DNA of 58,950 bases from an uncultured Pseudomonadales bacterium (GTDB taxonomy: Bacteria; Patescibacteriota; Microgenomatia; UBA1400): positions 1 through 58,950 of the forward strand of contig CAZPUR010000004.1 in assembly GCA_964589815.1 (NCBI GenBank), given 5' to 3'. Numbering within the stretch: the first letter of the stretch is position 1; every line of letters starts with the position of its first letter. The notes beneath the pieces were generated by a model. That model was given only the letters and a program-made list of their open reading frames with translations, searched no databases and was not told where the DNA came from. This document shows, one piece after another, positions 1 to 9,646 of the stretch. The position numbers and the translations under genes were made by a program.

Positions 1-1266
1 GATGTTCATCCGCCTTTATATCAGTTAATCTTGCATTTTTGGTGTAAAGTTTTGCCTTATAATGAATTTTTTCTGAGATTACCGAGTATTATCTTTAGCT
101 TATTAACTTGCTGTTTTATCTATAAAATCTATCAATTAATTTTTAAAGATAAACAAGGGGCTTTTTTTTGTTTTCTATTTTTACTAACTTCGCCTTTATT
201 TATTTACTATGCCCAAGAGGCAAGAATGTATAGCTTATCTGCTTTTTTGGTCACTGCCTCGGTGTATTATTTAATTAAATTTTTTAAGATTAAAAAGATT
301 AAATTCTTAATTCTTAATTCTGCGTTTTTAATCCTTAGTTTTTATTCTCATTATTTATGCTGGTTGATTCTGCCGGTTCAATGGTTATTTTTTTTAATCC
401 AAAAAAACAAAAATAAAAGAATAATTCTCAATTATTTAATTATTCAATTCCTCAGTTACTTTTTCTATTTGCCTTGGTTTCCTGTTCTATTTAACCAATG
501 GAAGATTGGCCAGCAAGCGGCTTTGACGAATAAAGTTTGGGCTCAAACAGTAGGCGGCTTAACCTTTAAAAGCCTGGCTTTATTGCCAATTAAATTTATT
601 ATAGGCAGAACCTCTTTTGATAATAAATTAGTTTATGGTTTTATTGTCTCAGGTTTACTAATTTTTTTCGCTTATTTATTTTGGCGGACGCTAAAAAATA
701 TAAACAATCAGTTTATAAGGTTTTTTTGGTTATGGTTAATTCTGGCGCCATTATTAGGAGCAATCATTAGTCTTAAAACACCGGTTTTTACTTATCATCG
801 CTTTCTTTTTTGCTTGCCTGCTTTTTCCCTGTTACTCAGTAGAGGGATTCTTAGTTTCAAAAGTAGAAAGGTGGTTAACATAATGGCGGGACTGGTTTTA
901 TTAATTAATTTATTTTTTAGTTTTAGATATTTATTAAATCCTAATTTTCATCGCGAAAATTGGAAAGAAGCAGTAAAGATACTCCATCAAAAAAACAAGG
1001 AAGAGGCACCAGTTTTAATTCTTCAAAATGTTACTGCCCCTTTTGATTATTATGATCAAGGGAGAAGCCACAAGGTTTACTTATATCAAAAAGAGGCGAT
1101 TGGGGGGGTTGATTCGGTTTGGTTAATCCCTTATGCTTTGCCTATTTTTGATCCCCTGGATGAAACCAGAGCCTTTTTAGAAAGTAGGGGATTCGTGAGG
1201 GTTTATGAAGAACATTTCAGCGGAGTAACTCTAGAAAAGTGGGGGAAAATTTTAGCGAAGAATTGA
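1..1266 (+). CDS. GT-C fold membrane glycosyltransferase (GT39/PMT/ArnT-like), 5' end outside window
   Basis: Frame is open from base 1 (DVHPPLYQLILHFW), giving the DxHPPLY motif; also the AQEARMYSL motif and many TM segments. Confidence 0.8.
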   Translation, partial: DVHPPLYQLILHFWCKVLPYNEFFLRLPSIIFSLLTCCFIYKIYQLIFKDKQGAFFCFLFLLTSPLFIYYAQEARMYSLSAFLVTASVYYLIKFFKIKKIKFLILNSAFLILSFYSHYLCWLILPVQWLFFLIQKNKNKRIILNYLIIQFLSYFFYLPWFPVLFNQWKIGQQAALTNKVWAQTVGGLTFKSLALLPIKFIIGRTSFDNKLVYGFIVSGLLIFFAYLFWRTLKNINNQFIRFFWLWLILAPLLGAIISLKTPVFTYHRFLFCLPAFSLLLSRGILSFKSRKVVNIMAGLVLLINLFFSFRYLLNPNFHRENWKEAVKILHQKNKEEAPVLILQNVTAPFDYYDQGRSHKVYLYQKEAIGGVDSVWLIPYALPIFDPLDETRAFLESRGFVRVYEEHFSGVTLEKWGKILAKN

Positions 1267-1286
1267 TATAATGAAGAAGGTGTTTT

Positions 1287-2414
1287 ATGAAAATCGGAAT
1301 TGATATTTCTCAGATTGTTTATCCGGGCGGAGTAGGGGTTTATACCAAGAATTTAATTTCTCATTTAGTTAAGATTGATGGCCAAGATCAATATGTTTTT
1401 TTTGCCGCTTCTTTGAGAAAAAAACAGCTTTTAGAAACCTGGTTTTCTCAATTAAAAAAAAAGGCCACGAAAACTAATGTTCAGAGCAGGTTTTTTCCTT
1501 TACCCCCCGTCCTAACGCAGTTGCTTTTTAACCAACTGAGATTTACCAGGATAGAAATTTTTACCGGTAAAATCGACCTTTTTCATACCAGCGACTGGAC
1601 CGAGCCTAAAACAAATTGTTCTAAGGTAACGACGGTTCATGATTTGGCGCCTTTAATCTATCCCCATTTACATCATCCCAAAATTGTGAAGGTTTTCAGC
1701 CAGAAATTAGCTTTAGTAAAGAGAGAGTCTGATTTTATTATCGCTGTTTCCAAAAGCACTAAAAAAGACTTGGTTAATAAATTAGGGATTAAATCAGAAA
1801 AAATAAAAGTGATTTACGAAGCCTTAGATGATGATTTTAAAAAGGCTGAGCCAGACATAAGTTGGTTTAAAAGTTTAGATCTAGGCAATTTTATTGTTTC
1901 TGATGCGATTAAAAACCCCAGAAAAAATCTTAAAAATTTACTTAGGGCTTTTGAGAAAGTTAAAAACAAAAAAATAAAACTGGTTCTTGTAGGCCAGCCT
2001 TTATGGCAGCAAAAAGAATTAGAAGCCTTACTGGAAAAATCAGTTTTTAAAAATAGAATTGTTAAGCTAGATAGAGTTTCTTTAGCCCAGCTTAAAGCCT
2101 TATATCAGAAGGCCAAACTGGCTGTTTTCCCTTCTTTTTATGAGGGCTTTGGCTTACCTCTTTTAGAAGCTTTAAGTTGCGGTTGTCCAGTGGTTTGCTC
2201 TGATAATTCTTCTTTTCCTGAAATAGGAGGAAAAGAAGCCTTATATTGTAGCCCCAATAAGCCAAATCAAATAGCCCAAAAGATTAATCAATTGATTGAA
2301 AATCCAGACTTAAGACTAGAGTTGAAACAAGCAGCTAAGAAGCAAATAAAAAAATTTTCTTGGCAAAAAACAGCCAAAGAAACATTAGAAGCTTATCAAG
2401 AGGCAGTAAGATGA
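1287..2414 (+). CDS. GT4 glycosyltransferase
   Basis: MKIGID N-terminus, TTVHDL, PRKNL, PSFYEGFGLPLLEA. Confidence 0.92.
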   Translation: MKIGIDISQIVYPGGVGVYTKNLISHLVKIDGQDQYVFFAASLRKKQLLETWFSQLKKKATKTNVQSRFFPLPPVLTQLLFNQLRFTRIEIFTGKIDLFHTSDWTEPKTNCSKVTTVHDLAPLIYPHLHHPKIVKVFSQKLALVKRESDFIIAVSKSTKKDLVNKLGIKSEKIKVIYEALDDDFKKAEPDISWFKSLDLGNFIVSDAIKNPRKNLKNLLRAFEKVKNKKIKLVLVGQPLWQQKELEALLEKSVFKNRIVKLDRVSLAQLKALYQKAKLAVFPSFYEGFGLPLLEALSCGCPVVCSDNSSFPEIGGKEALYCSPNKPNQIAQKINQLIENPDLRLELKQAAKKQIKKFSWQKTAKETLEAYQEAVR

Positions 2415-3577
2415 TAATCGGCATTGACGCTAATGAAGCTAATGTAAAAAATAGGGTAGGCAGTAATGAATATGCATATCAAGTGCTAATGCACTTGTAT
2501 AAAAATCAATCCGCCGGCCGGCGGATAAAATTTAAAATTTTTCTCAAAGAAAAACCTTTAAAAGATTTACCCAAAGAAGCAAGTTGGTGGCAATACAGGG
2601 TGTTAAAACCCAAATTTTTATGGACCCAGTGGCGTTTGCCTTTAGCACTGATTTTAAATAGGGGAGAGGTTGATGTTTTTTTTAGCCCCGGGCACTATGC
2701 TCCCCGCTTTTGCCCCAATCCCCTAGTAATTTCGATTATGGACTTGGCTTTTTTACGCTTTCCTAAACAGTTTAAAAAAGACGATCTGTATCAGCTTAAA
2801 AACTGGACCGAAAGGTCAGTTAAGCAAGCTGATCATATTTTAACCATTTCTGAGTTTACTAAAAAAGAAATTATTCATTTTTATAATTATCCGGCTGATA
2901 AAATTACGGTCACTTACCCTGGAACAAGAAAGTTAAAAGTTAAAAGTGAAAATTCAAAAGTGAAAATTCAAAAGGCAAAGATTTTAGAACAATATAAGAT
3001 AGAAAAAAATAAATACTTTCTTTATATTGGTACGCTTCAACCGCGAAAGAATTTAATTAGGCTAATAGAGGCATTTGCCCGAGCAATCAACAATGAAACA
3101 ATGAAACAATTTAACAATTTGGTTATCGTAGGTAAGAAGGGTTGGTTGTATCAAGAAATATTTGAGAAAGTAGAATCCTTGGGCCTAGAGAAAAATGTCA
3201 TTTTTACTGGTTATGTTGAGGAAAAAGAAAAGAATGCTTTTTTAGAAAATGCTTTTGCTTTAATTCTTCCCTCTTTATATGAGGGTTTTGGTATCCCGGT
3301 TCTGGAAGCAATGCAACTAGGTTGTCCTGTGATTGTTTCCCAAAACTCTTCTTTACCGGAATTAGTAGGGAAAGGAGGATTATATATAGATAATCCTCTA
3401 TCTGTCGATTCTATTTATAAAGCTTTGTTAAAAATGGTAAAATTAGATAATAAGACAAGAAAAGAATTAATCAATAGAGCCCTTAAACAAGCTAAAAAAT
3501 TTTCTTGGCCAAAAGTAGCTAAAGAGATATTGGAGGTTTTATGTTTTACCTTGAAACTAAATCAGGCGAGAAGTTAA
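2411..3577 (+). CDS. GT4 glycosyltransferase
   Basis: Likely start ATG 2411 (MIIGIDA) overlapping upstream stop; GTLQPRKN, PSLYEGFGIPVLEA. Confidence 0.92.
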   Translation: MIIGIDANEANVKNRVGSNEYAYQVLMHLYKNQSAGRRIKFKIFLKEKPLKDLPKEASWWQYRVLKPKFLWTQWRLPLALILNRGEVDVFFSPGHYAPRFCPNPLVISIMDLAFLRFPKQFKKDDLYQLKNWTERSVKQADHILTISEFTKKEIIHFYNYPADKITVTYPGTRKLKVKSENSKVKIQKAKILEQYKIEKNKYFLYIGTLQPRKNLIRLIEAFARAINNETMKQFNNLVIVGKKGWLYQEIFEKVESLGLEKNVIFTGYVEEKEKNAFLENAFALILPSLYEGFGIPVLEAMQLGCPVIVSQNSSLPELVGKGGLYIDNPLSVDSIYKALLKMVKLDNKTRKELINRALKQAKKFSWPKVAKEILEVLCFTLKLNQARS

Positions 3578-4143
3578 ATATTAAACAAGCCTTACCGAAA
3601 ATAATCAATCGTTGGTATAATTATTGCCTTGATTTCAAGTTAATGCTACTTTGTTATGTTGGTTATATTCCTTCTCATTGTTTTCGCCGGTTTTGTTATC
3701 GATTGGCGGGAATTAAAATTGGTCGAGGTTCTACTATTCATATGTGGGCCAGGTTTTATGAGTCAAAGAATATTGTTATTGGAGAAGATACGATTATTGG
3801 CGACCATTGTTTTTTAGACGGCAGAGCCTCGCTTAAAATTGGTTCTCATACCGCCATTGCTTCTCAGGTTTTGATTTATAACAGCCAGCATGATGTTGAT
3901 TCTGAAGATTTTCGGCCAGTTGAATACCCAATCGAGATTGGCGATTATTGTTTTATTGGTGTCCGAGCCATTATTCTTCCTGGAGTAAAAATTGGTAGAG
4001 GAGCAATAGTTGCTTCTGGAGCAGTGGTGACCAAAGATGTAGCTCCAATGATGATTGTAGCCGGAGTGCCGGCTAAGGAAATAAGAAAAAGAGGGGTGAA
4101 AAAGCTTAATTATAGATTAGGACGGGCAAGACTGTTTCAATAA
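3541..4143 (+). CDS. Left-handed beta-helix sugar O-acyltransferase
   Basis: Hexapeptide repeats (IVIGEDTIIG, IEIGDYCFIG, VKIGRGAIVASGAVVTKDV), VAGVPAK. Confidence 0.88.
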   Translation: MFYLETKSGEKLNIKQALPKIINRWYNYCLDFKLMLLCYVGYIPSHCFRRFCYRLAGIKIGRGSTIHMWARFYESKNIVIGEDTIIGDHCFLDGRASLKIGSHTAIASQVLIYNSQHDVDSEDFRPVEYPIEIGDYCFIGVRAIILPGVKIGRGAIVASGAVVTKDVAPMMIVAGVPAKEIRKRGVKKLNYRLGRARLFQ

Positions 4144-4145
4144 TT

Positions 4146-4362
4146 TTAAGAATATGCTGAGGTCGTTTAGTTAAAAATTTTTTCTTCCAATCGCACGCGA
4201 ATATATTTGGAAGACCTAAAATAGTTGGTATTAAATAAGGCATAAAGACGCCCTCGAGTTATTAAAGAACAATCCTTAGGGCGAGGGAAGAGTAAAGTCA
4301 AAGGCGCGATGCTATCAATAGGAAGAAAGAAAATTTTTCCTAAACTTCCCGCATATTCTTAA
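4146..4362. mobile_element. 217-bp non-coding element with long imperfect terminal inverted repeats (MITE-like)
   Basis: Perfect 12-bp TIR ttaagaatatgc/gcatattcttaa extended by about 30 bp of imperfect IR; inner stems atcgc/gcgat and cgccct/agggcg; no ORF. Confidence 0.5.
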
Positions 4363-4366
4363 TAAA

Positions 4367-5263
4367 TTGTTAGTTTCCATCATTATTCCCAGCTTTAATA
4401 CTAAAAAACTTTTGCAAAACTGCCTAAGGTCTATTTTTGAACAAACAAAAAATATTAGTTTTGAGGTGATTGTAGCGGATAATGCTTCGACTGATGGTAC
4501 CGTTAAACTGATTCAAACTAAATTTCCCCAAGTAAAGTTGATCAAGAATCGAACTAACTTAGGTTATGCTAAGGCCAATAATCAAGCCCTGCGGCAAGCT
4601 CAAGGCAGGGTCATTTTATTTCTTAATTCAGACACCATCATTTTAGAGAAGGCCATAGAAAAATCAGTTGAGTTTATAAGACAAAGAGAAGATGTTGATA
4701 TTTTGGGCTGCCAGCTTTTATATCAGGATAAAACCATTCAACCATCAGGCGGCTTTTTCCCCAGCTTAACAAGAGTTTTTTTACAAATGTTCTTTATTGA
4801 CGATTTGCCTTTAGTTAATCATTTGGTAAAACCTTATCAGCAAAAAAGAAAAAGCTTTTATCGAAAAACTCAAAAATTGGATTGGGTTACGGGAGCATTT
4901 TTAATGGCAAAAAAGAAAGTGGTTGATAAGATTAAGGGTTTTGATGAAAAGTTTTTTATGTATAGCGAAGAAGTTGATTTTTGCTATCGAGCTAAAAAAG
5001 CGGGTTTTCAAGTTTGGTTTTGCCCCTTGGCTAAAATAGTTCATTTAAAGGGAAAAAGTTCGGCTGATGGTTTCAGAACCGCAGTTTTAGGCGAATACCA
5101 GGGACTGAGAAAATTTTATGAGAAATACCAGCCTGGATTAGGCTTGCTTATCTTAAGATTTTTGCTTAAAATAGGGGCCCTTTTAAGAATCTTTGTTTTT
5201 GGTATACTTAAAGGAGACAAGAATAAAAAGGAGATTTATGAAAAAGCTTTTGCTTTGGCTTGA
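4367..5263 (+). CDS. GT2 glycosyltransferase (rhamnosyltransferase-like), TTG start
   Basis: VSIIIPSFN, DNASTDGT, FLNSDT, DWVTGAF, FFMYSEEVDFC. Confidence 0.9.
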   Translation: MLVSIIIPSFNTKKLLQNCLRSIFEQTKNISFEVIVADNASTDGTVKLIQTKFPQVKLIKNRTNLGYAKANNQALRQAQGRVILFLNSDTIILEKAIEKSVEFIRQREDVDILGCQLLYQDKTIQPSGGFFPSLTRVFLQMFFIDDLPLVNHLVKPYQQKRKSFYRKTQKLDWVTGAFLMAKKKVVDKIKGFDEKFFMYSEEVDFCYRAKKAGFQVWFCPLAKIVHLKGKSSADGFRTAVLGEYQGLRKFYEKYQPGLGLLILRFLLKIGALLRIFVFGILKGDKNKKEIYEKAFALA

Positions 5264-6860
5264 CGAGAACATTTTGACGGTTTTTTCCTTTTTCTTGATT
5301 ATTTTCATCCCTCTATATCCTAAGATTCCTTTGTTTGAGGCGATTCCTGGTTACATTGTCAGAGTCCGCTTAGAAGATGTTTTTATTTTAATCGCCTTTT
5401 TGGTTTTTTTGATTCAGGTAATAAGAAAAAAAGCCCAGTTTAAATCGATTATTTTTTGGCCTATGGTGGCCTATCTTTTTTTTGGCCTGATTTCTATTCC
5501 TTCGGCAGTTTTTATTTCCAAAACCATTCCTTTGGACAAACTTCATATTTATAAGGCGGGGCTCCATTGGTTGAGGAGAATAGAATATTTTAGCCTCCTT
5601 TTTATTTTTTACAACGGCATTAGAACTCTAAGAAAGGGAAAGAAACTTTTTCTTTTGGTTTTACTGGCTTTGATTTTAGTTTCTATTTACGGTTTTGGTC
5701 AAAAATATCTTTATTGGCCGCTTTACTCGACTATGAACCGGGAGTTTTCCAAAGGGATGAAACTTTATTTGACTGAACATGCCCGAGTCCCTTCTACTTT
5801 TGGCGGCCATTATGACTTGGCCGCCTTTTTAGTTTTATTTTTAACCTTATTAATGAGTTTCTTTGTTATTTTAAAAGGGAAGGTTTTAAGATGGCTTTAT
5901 TTACTGGCTTTTATACTTAGCTACTGGCTTTTAATTTTAACTGCCTCCAGAACCTCATTTATTGCCTATATTGCGGCGATTACAGTTTTATTTTTTATTT
6001 TTATTTTTAAAAAGGGTTTTTTGTGGTCTTTGCCCCGTTGGTTGAGTATTATTTTATTTAGTTTTTCAGTGATGCTTATGTTTGGTGACTTATCAGATCG
6101 CTTTGCCCACTTTTTTAAGATGCCCCAGATTAAGGAAAAATTAAAACTTAATACCCTTCTTCAACCGCTTAGACCCGCCCCTAAAGAAGCCTTAAAGATT
6201 AGCGATGAGATTGCTTTGGTTATGGATAAAACTGACGAACGACCGGTTTTAGAAAAACCAGAAGACTTAGGCGGGAACCAGAGCGGTAGAGCCACTAGTT
6301 CTGCTGGGCTTCCACCTGATGTTTACGAAGACATTCCTGATTATTACCTTGAAGCAACAGGAAGCGCTACTATGGCAGCAGTTTTAATTCCGGTTCAGCG
6401 TACTTTTTCTGAAAACGCTTATAAATATGGTTTATCTACCGCTATTAGATTGGACGCTTTATGGCCTCGGGCGATTGCCGGTTTTAAGAAAAATCCCCTC
6501 TTAGGATCAGGTTATTCTACTCTGAGTAAAAACGCGGTTGAGCAATTTACCGAAGCTGAATCAACAGATAATGATTATTTAAGAACTTTAGGAGAAACAG
6601 GAATTTTAGGCTTTCTTTCTTTTTTCAGTATTATTTTCTTACTGATTAAAACCAGCTTTGAACTTTTAAAAAGAAAAAAACTAGACCCTTATGTTTTAGC
6701 TTTTAGCGCCGCCTTTTTATCTTTTACCGTAGGGCTTCTGATTAATGCTTTGTATATTGATGTTTTTGAGGCCTCAAAAGTAGCTTTTATGTTTTGGGCT
6801 CTAAGCGGGGTTTTATTGGCTTTTGCCAGCGAAATAAAAAATCCGGCCATTAAAAGATGA
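5238..6860 (+). CDS. O-antigen ligase/polymerase family membrane protein
   Basis: Multi-TM; RVPSTFGGHYDLA, LTASRTS, NPLLGSGY, DNDYLRTLGETGILG; start placed at ATG 5238 after GGAG. Confidence 0.85.
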   Translation: MKKLLLWLDENILTVFSFFLIIFIPLYPKIPLFEAIPGYIVRVRLEDVFILIAFLVFLIQVIRKKAQFKSIIFWPMVAYLFFGLISIPSAVFISKTIPLDKLHIYKAGLHWLRRIEYFSLLFIFYNGIRTLRKGKKLFLLVLLALILVSIYGFGQKYLYWPLYSTMNREFSKGMKLYLTEHARVPSTFGGHYDLAAFLVLFLTLLMSFFVILKGKVLRWLYLLAFILSYWLLILTASRTSFIAYIAAITVLFFIFIFKKGFLWSLPRWLSIILFSFSVMLMFGDLSDRFAHFFKMPQIKEKLKLNTLLQPLRPAPKEALKISDEIALVMDKTDERPVLEKPEDLGGNQSGRATSSAGLPPDVYEDIPDYYLEATGSATMAAVLIPVQRTFSENAYKYGLSTAIRLDALWPRAIAGFKKNPLLGSGYSTLSKNAVEQFTEAESTDNDYLRTLGETGILGFLSFFSIIFLLIKTSFELLKRKKLDPYVLAFSAAFLSFTVGLLINALYIDVFEASKVAFMFWALSGVLLAFASEIKNPAIKR

Positions 6861-8296
6861 AGTTTAAAATTATTTTTTTAATTCTTATTTTTCTGTTAAG
6901 TTTTGCTTTGAGAACCTACCGGATTGACAATCCGATCGCTGACTGGCATTCTTGGCGTCAAGCGGATACCGCCGCCGTGGCTAGGAATTTTGCTACTCAA
7001 GGGGTTAACTTTTTATATCCTCAAAATCATAACTTTTTTAAGCAAAACCCTAATGATTTGCCTAATCCCAATCGTTATTTTCTTAATGAATTTCCTTTAT
7101 ATAATGCCGCCGTAGCTGGAGTTTATAAAATTTTCGGTATTGAAGAAAGATATGCTCGTTTGGTAAGCGTTTTTATGGCTTCTTTGACAGGAGTTTTCCT
7201 TTATTTGTTAGTAGAAAAACATTCTTCTAAACTAGCCGCTTATTTATCAGCTTTTTTTTGGGCAGTTTTACCTTATAACATTTACTATGGCCGGGTGGTT
7301 ATGCCGGACCCGACTTTTATCTTTTTTTCTGTTTTATCTTTATACTTGATTTCTTTATGGACAGAAAAAGAGGGTCTGATTTGGGCCATTTTTTCAGGCA
7401 TGGCTTTGACTTTAGGGATGTTGGTTAAACCTTATACTATTTTCTTAGGTTTACCGGCGGCCTATTTAATTTTTAAAAAATGGGGTCTTAAAAGTTTTAA
7501 AAAGCCCGAGGTTTATTTATTTGGGATGGTTAGTTTACTGCCCTTTTTGGCTTGGCGCTGGCACATCAACCAGCATCCTGAAGGAATGTTTGGTTCAAAC
7601 TGGCTGATTAATGCGACTGAAATTAGGTTTAAAGGCGCTTTTTTCCGTTGGATTATTTTTGACCGGATGAACCGCCTGATTTTTGCCACCGGTGGTTTTG
7701 TGCTCTTCTTTTTTGGTCTGGTGGCCAAGAAAAATAAAGATGAAGCTTTATTTTTCTTCTCTTGGTTGGTGGCCATAGCCGCTTATATCACTTTTTTTGC
7801 TATGGGTAATGTTACTCATGATTATTACCAGATGCCTTTGGTGCCGATTGGCTGTTATTTTATGGCCAAAGGGGTAGAATTTTTAGTGGTTAAAAAGAGA
7901 AACTTTTTTGAGCAGATTTTTAATATCGGTCTGGCTTTGGCTTTAATCTTATTAATGCTGGCTTTTGGTTGGTATGAAGTGAGGGGGTTTTTCAGTATTA
8001 ACCGCTGGGAAATCGTCGAAGCAGGCAGAGAAGTTGATCAAATTGTTCCTCAGGGGGCCAAAGTGATTGCCCCCTATAACCGGGACCCAGCTTTTTTATA
8101 TCAGACCAATCGCAATGGCTGGTCAGGCTTAAGAAATATGGAAGAATTGAAGGAATATATGCAAGAAGGAGCCACCCATTATGTCAGCGTAGATTTTGAT
8201 GAGATGACCAATGAATTAATGCAGGCCTGCCAGGCAATGGAAAGAACAGACAAGTATGTTATCATTGACCTTCAAGAGTGTGATAATCTAAATTAA
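6857..8296 (+). CDS. GT-C fold glycosyltransferase (ArnT/GT39-like)
   Basis: WRQADTAAVARNF, EFPLYN, YGRVVMPD, HDYYQ; many TM segments. Confidence 0.8.
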   Translation: MKFKIIFLILIFLLSFALRTYRIDNPIADWHSWRQADTAAVARNFATQGVNFLYPQNHNFFKQNPNDLPNPNRYFLNEFPLYNAAVAGVYKIFGIEERYARLVSVFMASLTGVFLYLLVEKHSSKLAAYLSAFFWAVLPYNIYYGRVVMPDPTFIFFSVLSLYLISLWTEKEGLIWAIFSGMALTLGMLVKPYTIFLGLPAAYLIFKKWGLKSFKKPEVYLFGMVSLLPFLAWRWHINQHPEGMFGSNWLINATEIRFKGAFFRWIIFDRMNRLIFATGGFVLFFFGLVAKKNKDEALFFFSWLVAIAAYITFFAMGNVTHDYYQMPLVPIGCYFMAKGVEFLVVKKRNFFEQIFNIGLALALILLMLAFGWYEVRGFFSINRWEIVEAGREVDQIVPQGAKVIAPYNRDPAFLYQTNRNGWSGLRNMEELKEYMQEGATHYVSVDFDEMTNELMQACQAMERTDKYVIIDLQECDNLN

Positions 8297-8428
8297 ATGA
8301 TCAAATTCCAAGCAACAAATTCCAAACAATATTCAATGTCAAAATTCAAAACTCAAAACAGTTTAGAATTTGAGAAATTTGAATTTAGAATTTGTTTGCG
8401 ATTTGTAATTTGTTATTTGTGATTTATT
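8297..8428. repeat. Intergenic imperfect inverted repeat built of 7-8-nt periodic units
   Basis: A/C-rich arm (caaattc, caaaact) followed by complementary G/T-rich arm (gaatttg, gtaatttg, gttatttg). Confidence 0.75.
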
Positions 8429-9634
8429 ATGAAAATCCTCATGCTTACTTCCTACCTTCCTTATCCTCTTTTTTCTGGCGGGCAAATAAGGACATACAAT
8501 CTTTTAAAAAACCTGGCGGCCAAACACCAAATAACTTTATTTTCTTTTATTAGACACGAAAAAGAGACTCAATATATTCCTAAGTTGCAAAAGTTTTGTT
8601 ATAAAGTCAAAGTTTTTAAACGCCGGTCAGCCTGGAATTGGCGCAATATCCTTTTTGCCATCTTGAGCCCTTTCCCTTTTGTGATGATTTCTACTTATCT
8701 TTCTTTGCGGGTGCGCCAGGCCATTTTAAAAGAAATGCAAGGTGATGCCTATGACTTGATTCACGCCGAACCCTTTTATATGGTGCCTAATATTCCCAAG
8801 ACGGATATCCCTATTTTATTAGTAGAGCAAACCATAGAGTATTTGGTTTATAAAAAATACGTTGATAATTTTCCTTTAGGTTTTGTTAGGCCTCTGATGT
8901 ACCTTGATGTTTTGAAACTGAAGATTTGGGAGGAAGGTTATTGGCGAAAAGCCACTTCTTTAGTCGCCATGTCTGAGGCGGACAAGGAAATTATGGCCAA
9001 AGCGGCTCCAGAGAAGACCATCAATATTGTTTCCAATGGCGTAGATATTGAGTTTTTTAATCAAACTTTGATTAAAAAACCTCAAAAACCAACCGTTTTA
9101 TTTGTGGGTAATTTCAAGTGGCTGCCTAATAAAGACGCGGCTAAGTTTTTAACCCATAAGATTTGGCCTAGAATCAAAAAAGAGATTCCTGGTGCCAAAC
9201 TTTGGATTGTAGGCAAAAACCCGACTCCAGAAATTTGGGCCTTAGCTAAGAAGAGCGATGTCGAAGTTGAGGATAAGATTAAGGATATTAGGCAGGCCTT
9301 TGGTCAAGCCTCGGTTCTTTTAGCGCCAATCAGAAATGGGCGGGGGACCAAATACAAAGTTTTAGAAGCGATGGCGACCAAACTGCCAGTGGTGGCCACA
9401 CCTTTAGGAGTTGAAGGGACAGGAGCAGAGAACAGGAGAGAAGCTTTAGTGGCTCAGGGGGCTGTTGATCTCGCTTCAGCGACAGTGGAATTACTTAAAA
9501 ATCCTAAGTTGGGAGAAAAATTAAGCTCCTCAGCCTATGAGTTAGTTAGAAAAAAGTACAATTGGCAGTTAATTTCTAAAAACTTGGACAAAATTTACCA
9601 GGAGCTAGGAGAAAAAGTACTTGGAGCGTCCTAG
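8429..9634 (+). CDS. GT4 glycosyltransferase
   Basis: PYPLFSGGQIR, VSNGVD, FVGNFKWLPNKDA, GTKYKVLEAMA. Confidence 0.9.
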   Translation: MKILMLTSYLPYPLFSGGQIRTYNLLKNLAAKHQITLFSFIRHEKETQYIPKLQKFCYKVKVFKRRSAWNWRNILFAILSPFPFVMISTYLSLRVRQAILKEMQGDAYDLIHAEPFYMVPNIPKTDIPILLVEQTIEYLVYKKYVDNFPLGFVRPLMYLDVLKLKIWEEGYWRKATSLVAMSEADKEIMAKAAPEKTINIVSNGVDIEFFNQTLIKKPQKPTVLFVGNFKWLPNKDAAKFLTHKIWPRIKKEIPGAKLWIVGKNPTPEIWALAKKSDVEVEDKIKDIRQAFGQASVLLAPIRNGRGTKYKVLEAMATKLPVVATPLGVEGTGAENRREALVAQGAVDLASATVELLKNPKLGEKLSSSAYELVRKKYNWQLISKNLDKIYQELGEKVLGAS

Positions 9635-9646
9635 TAAATAATTAAA

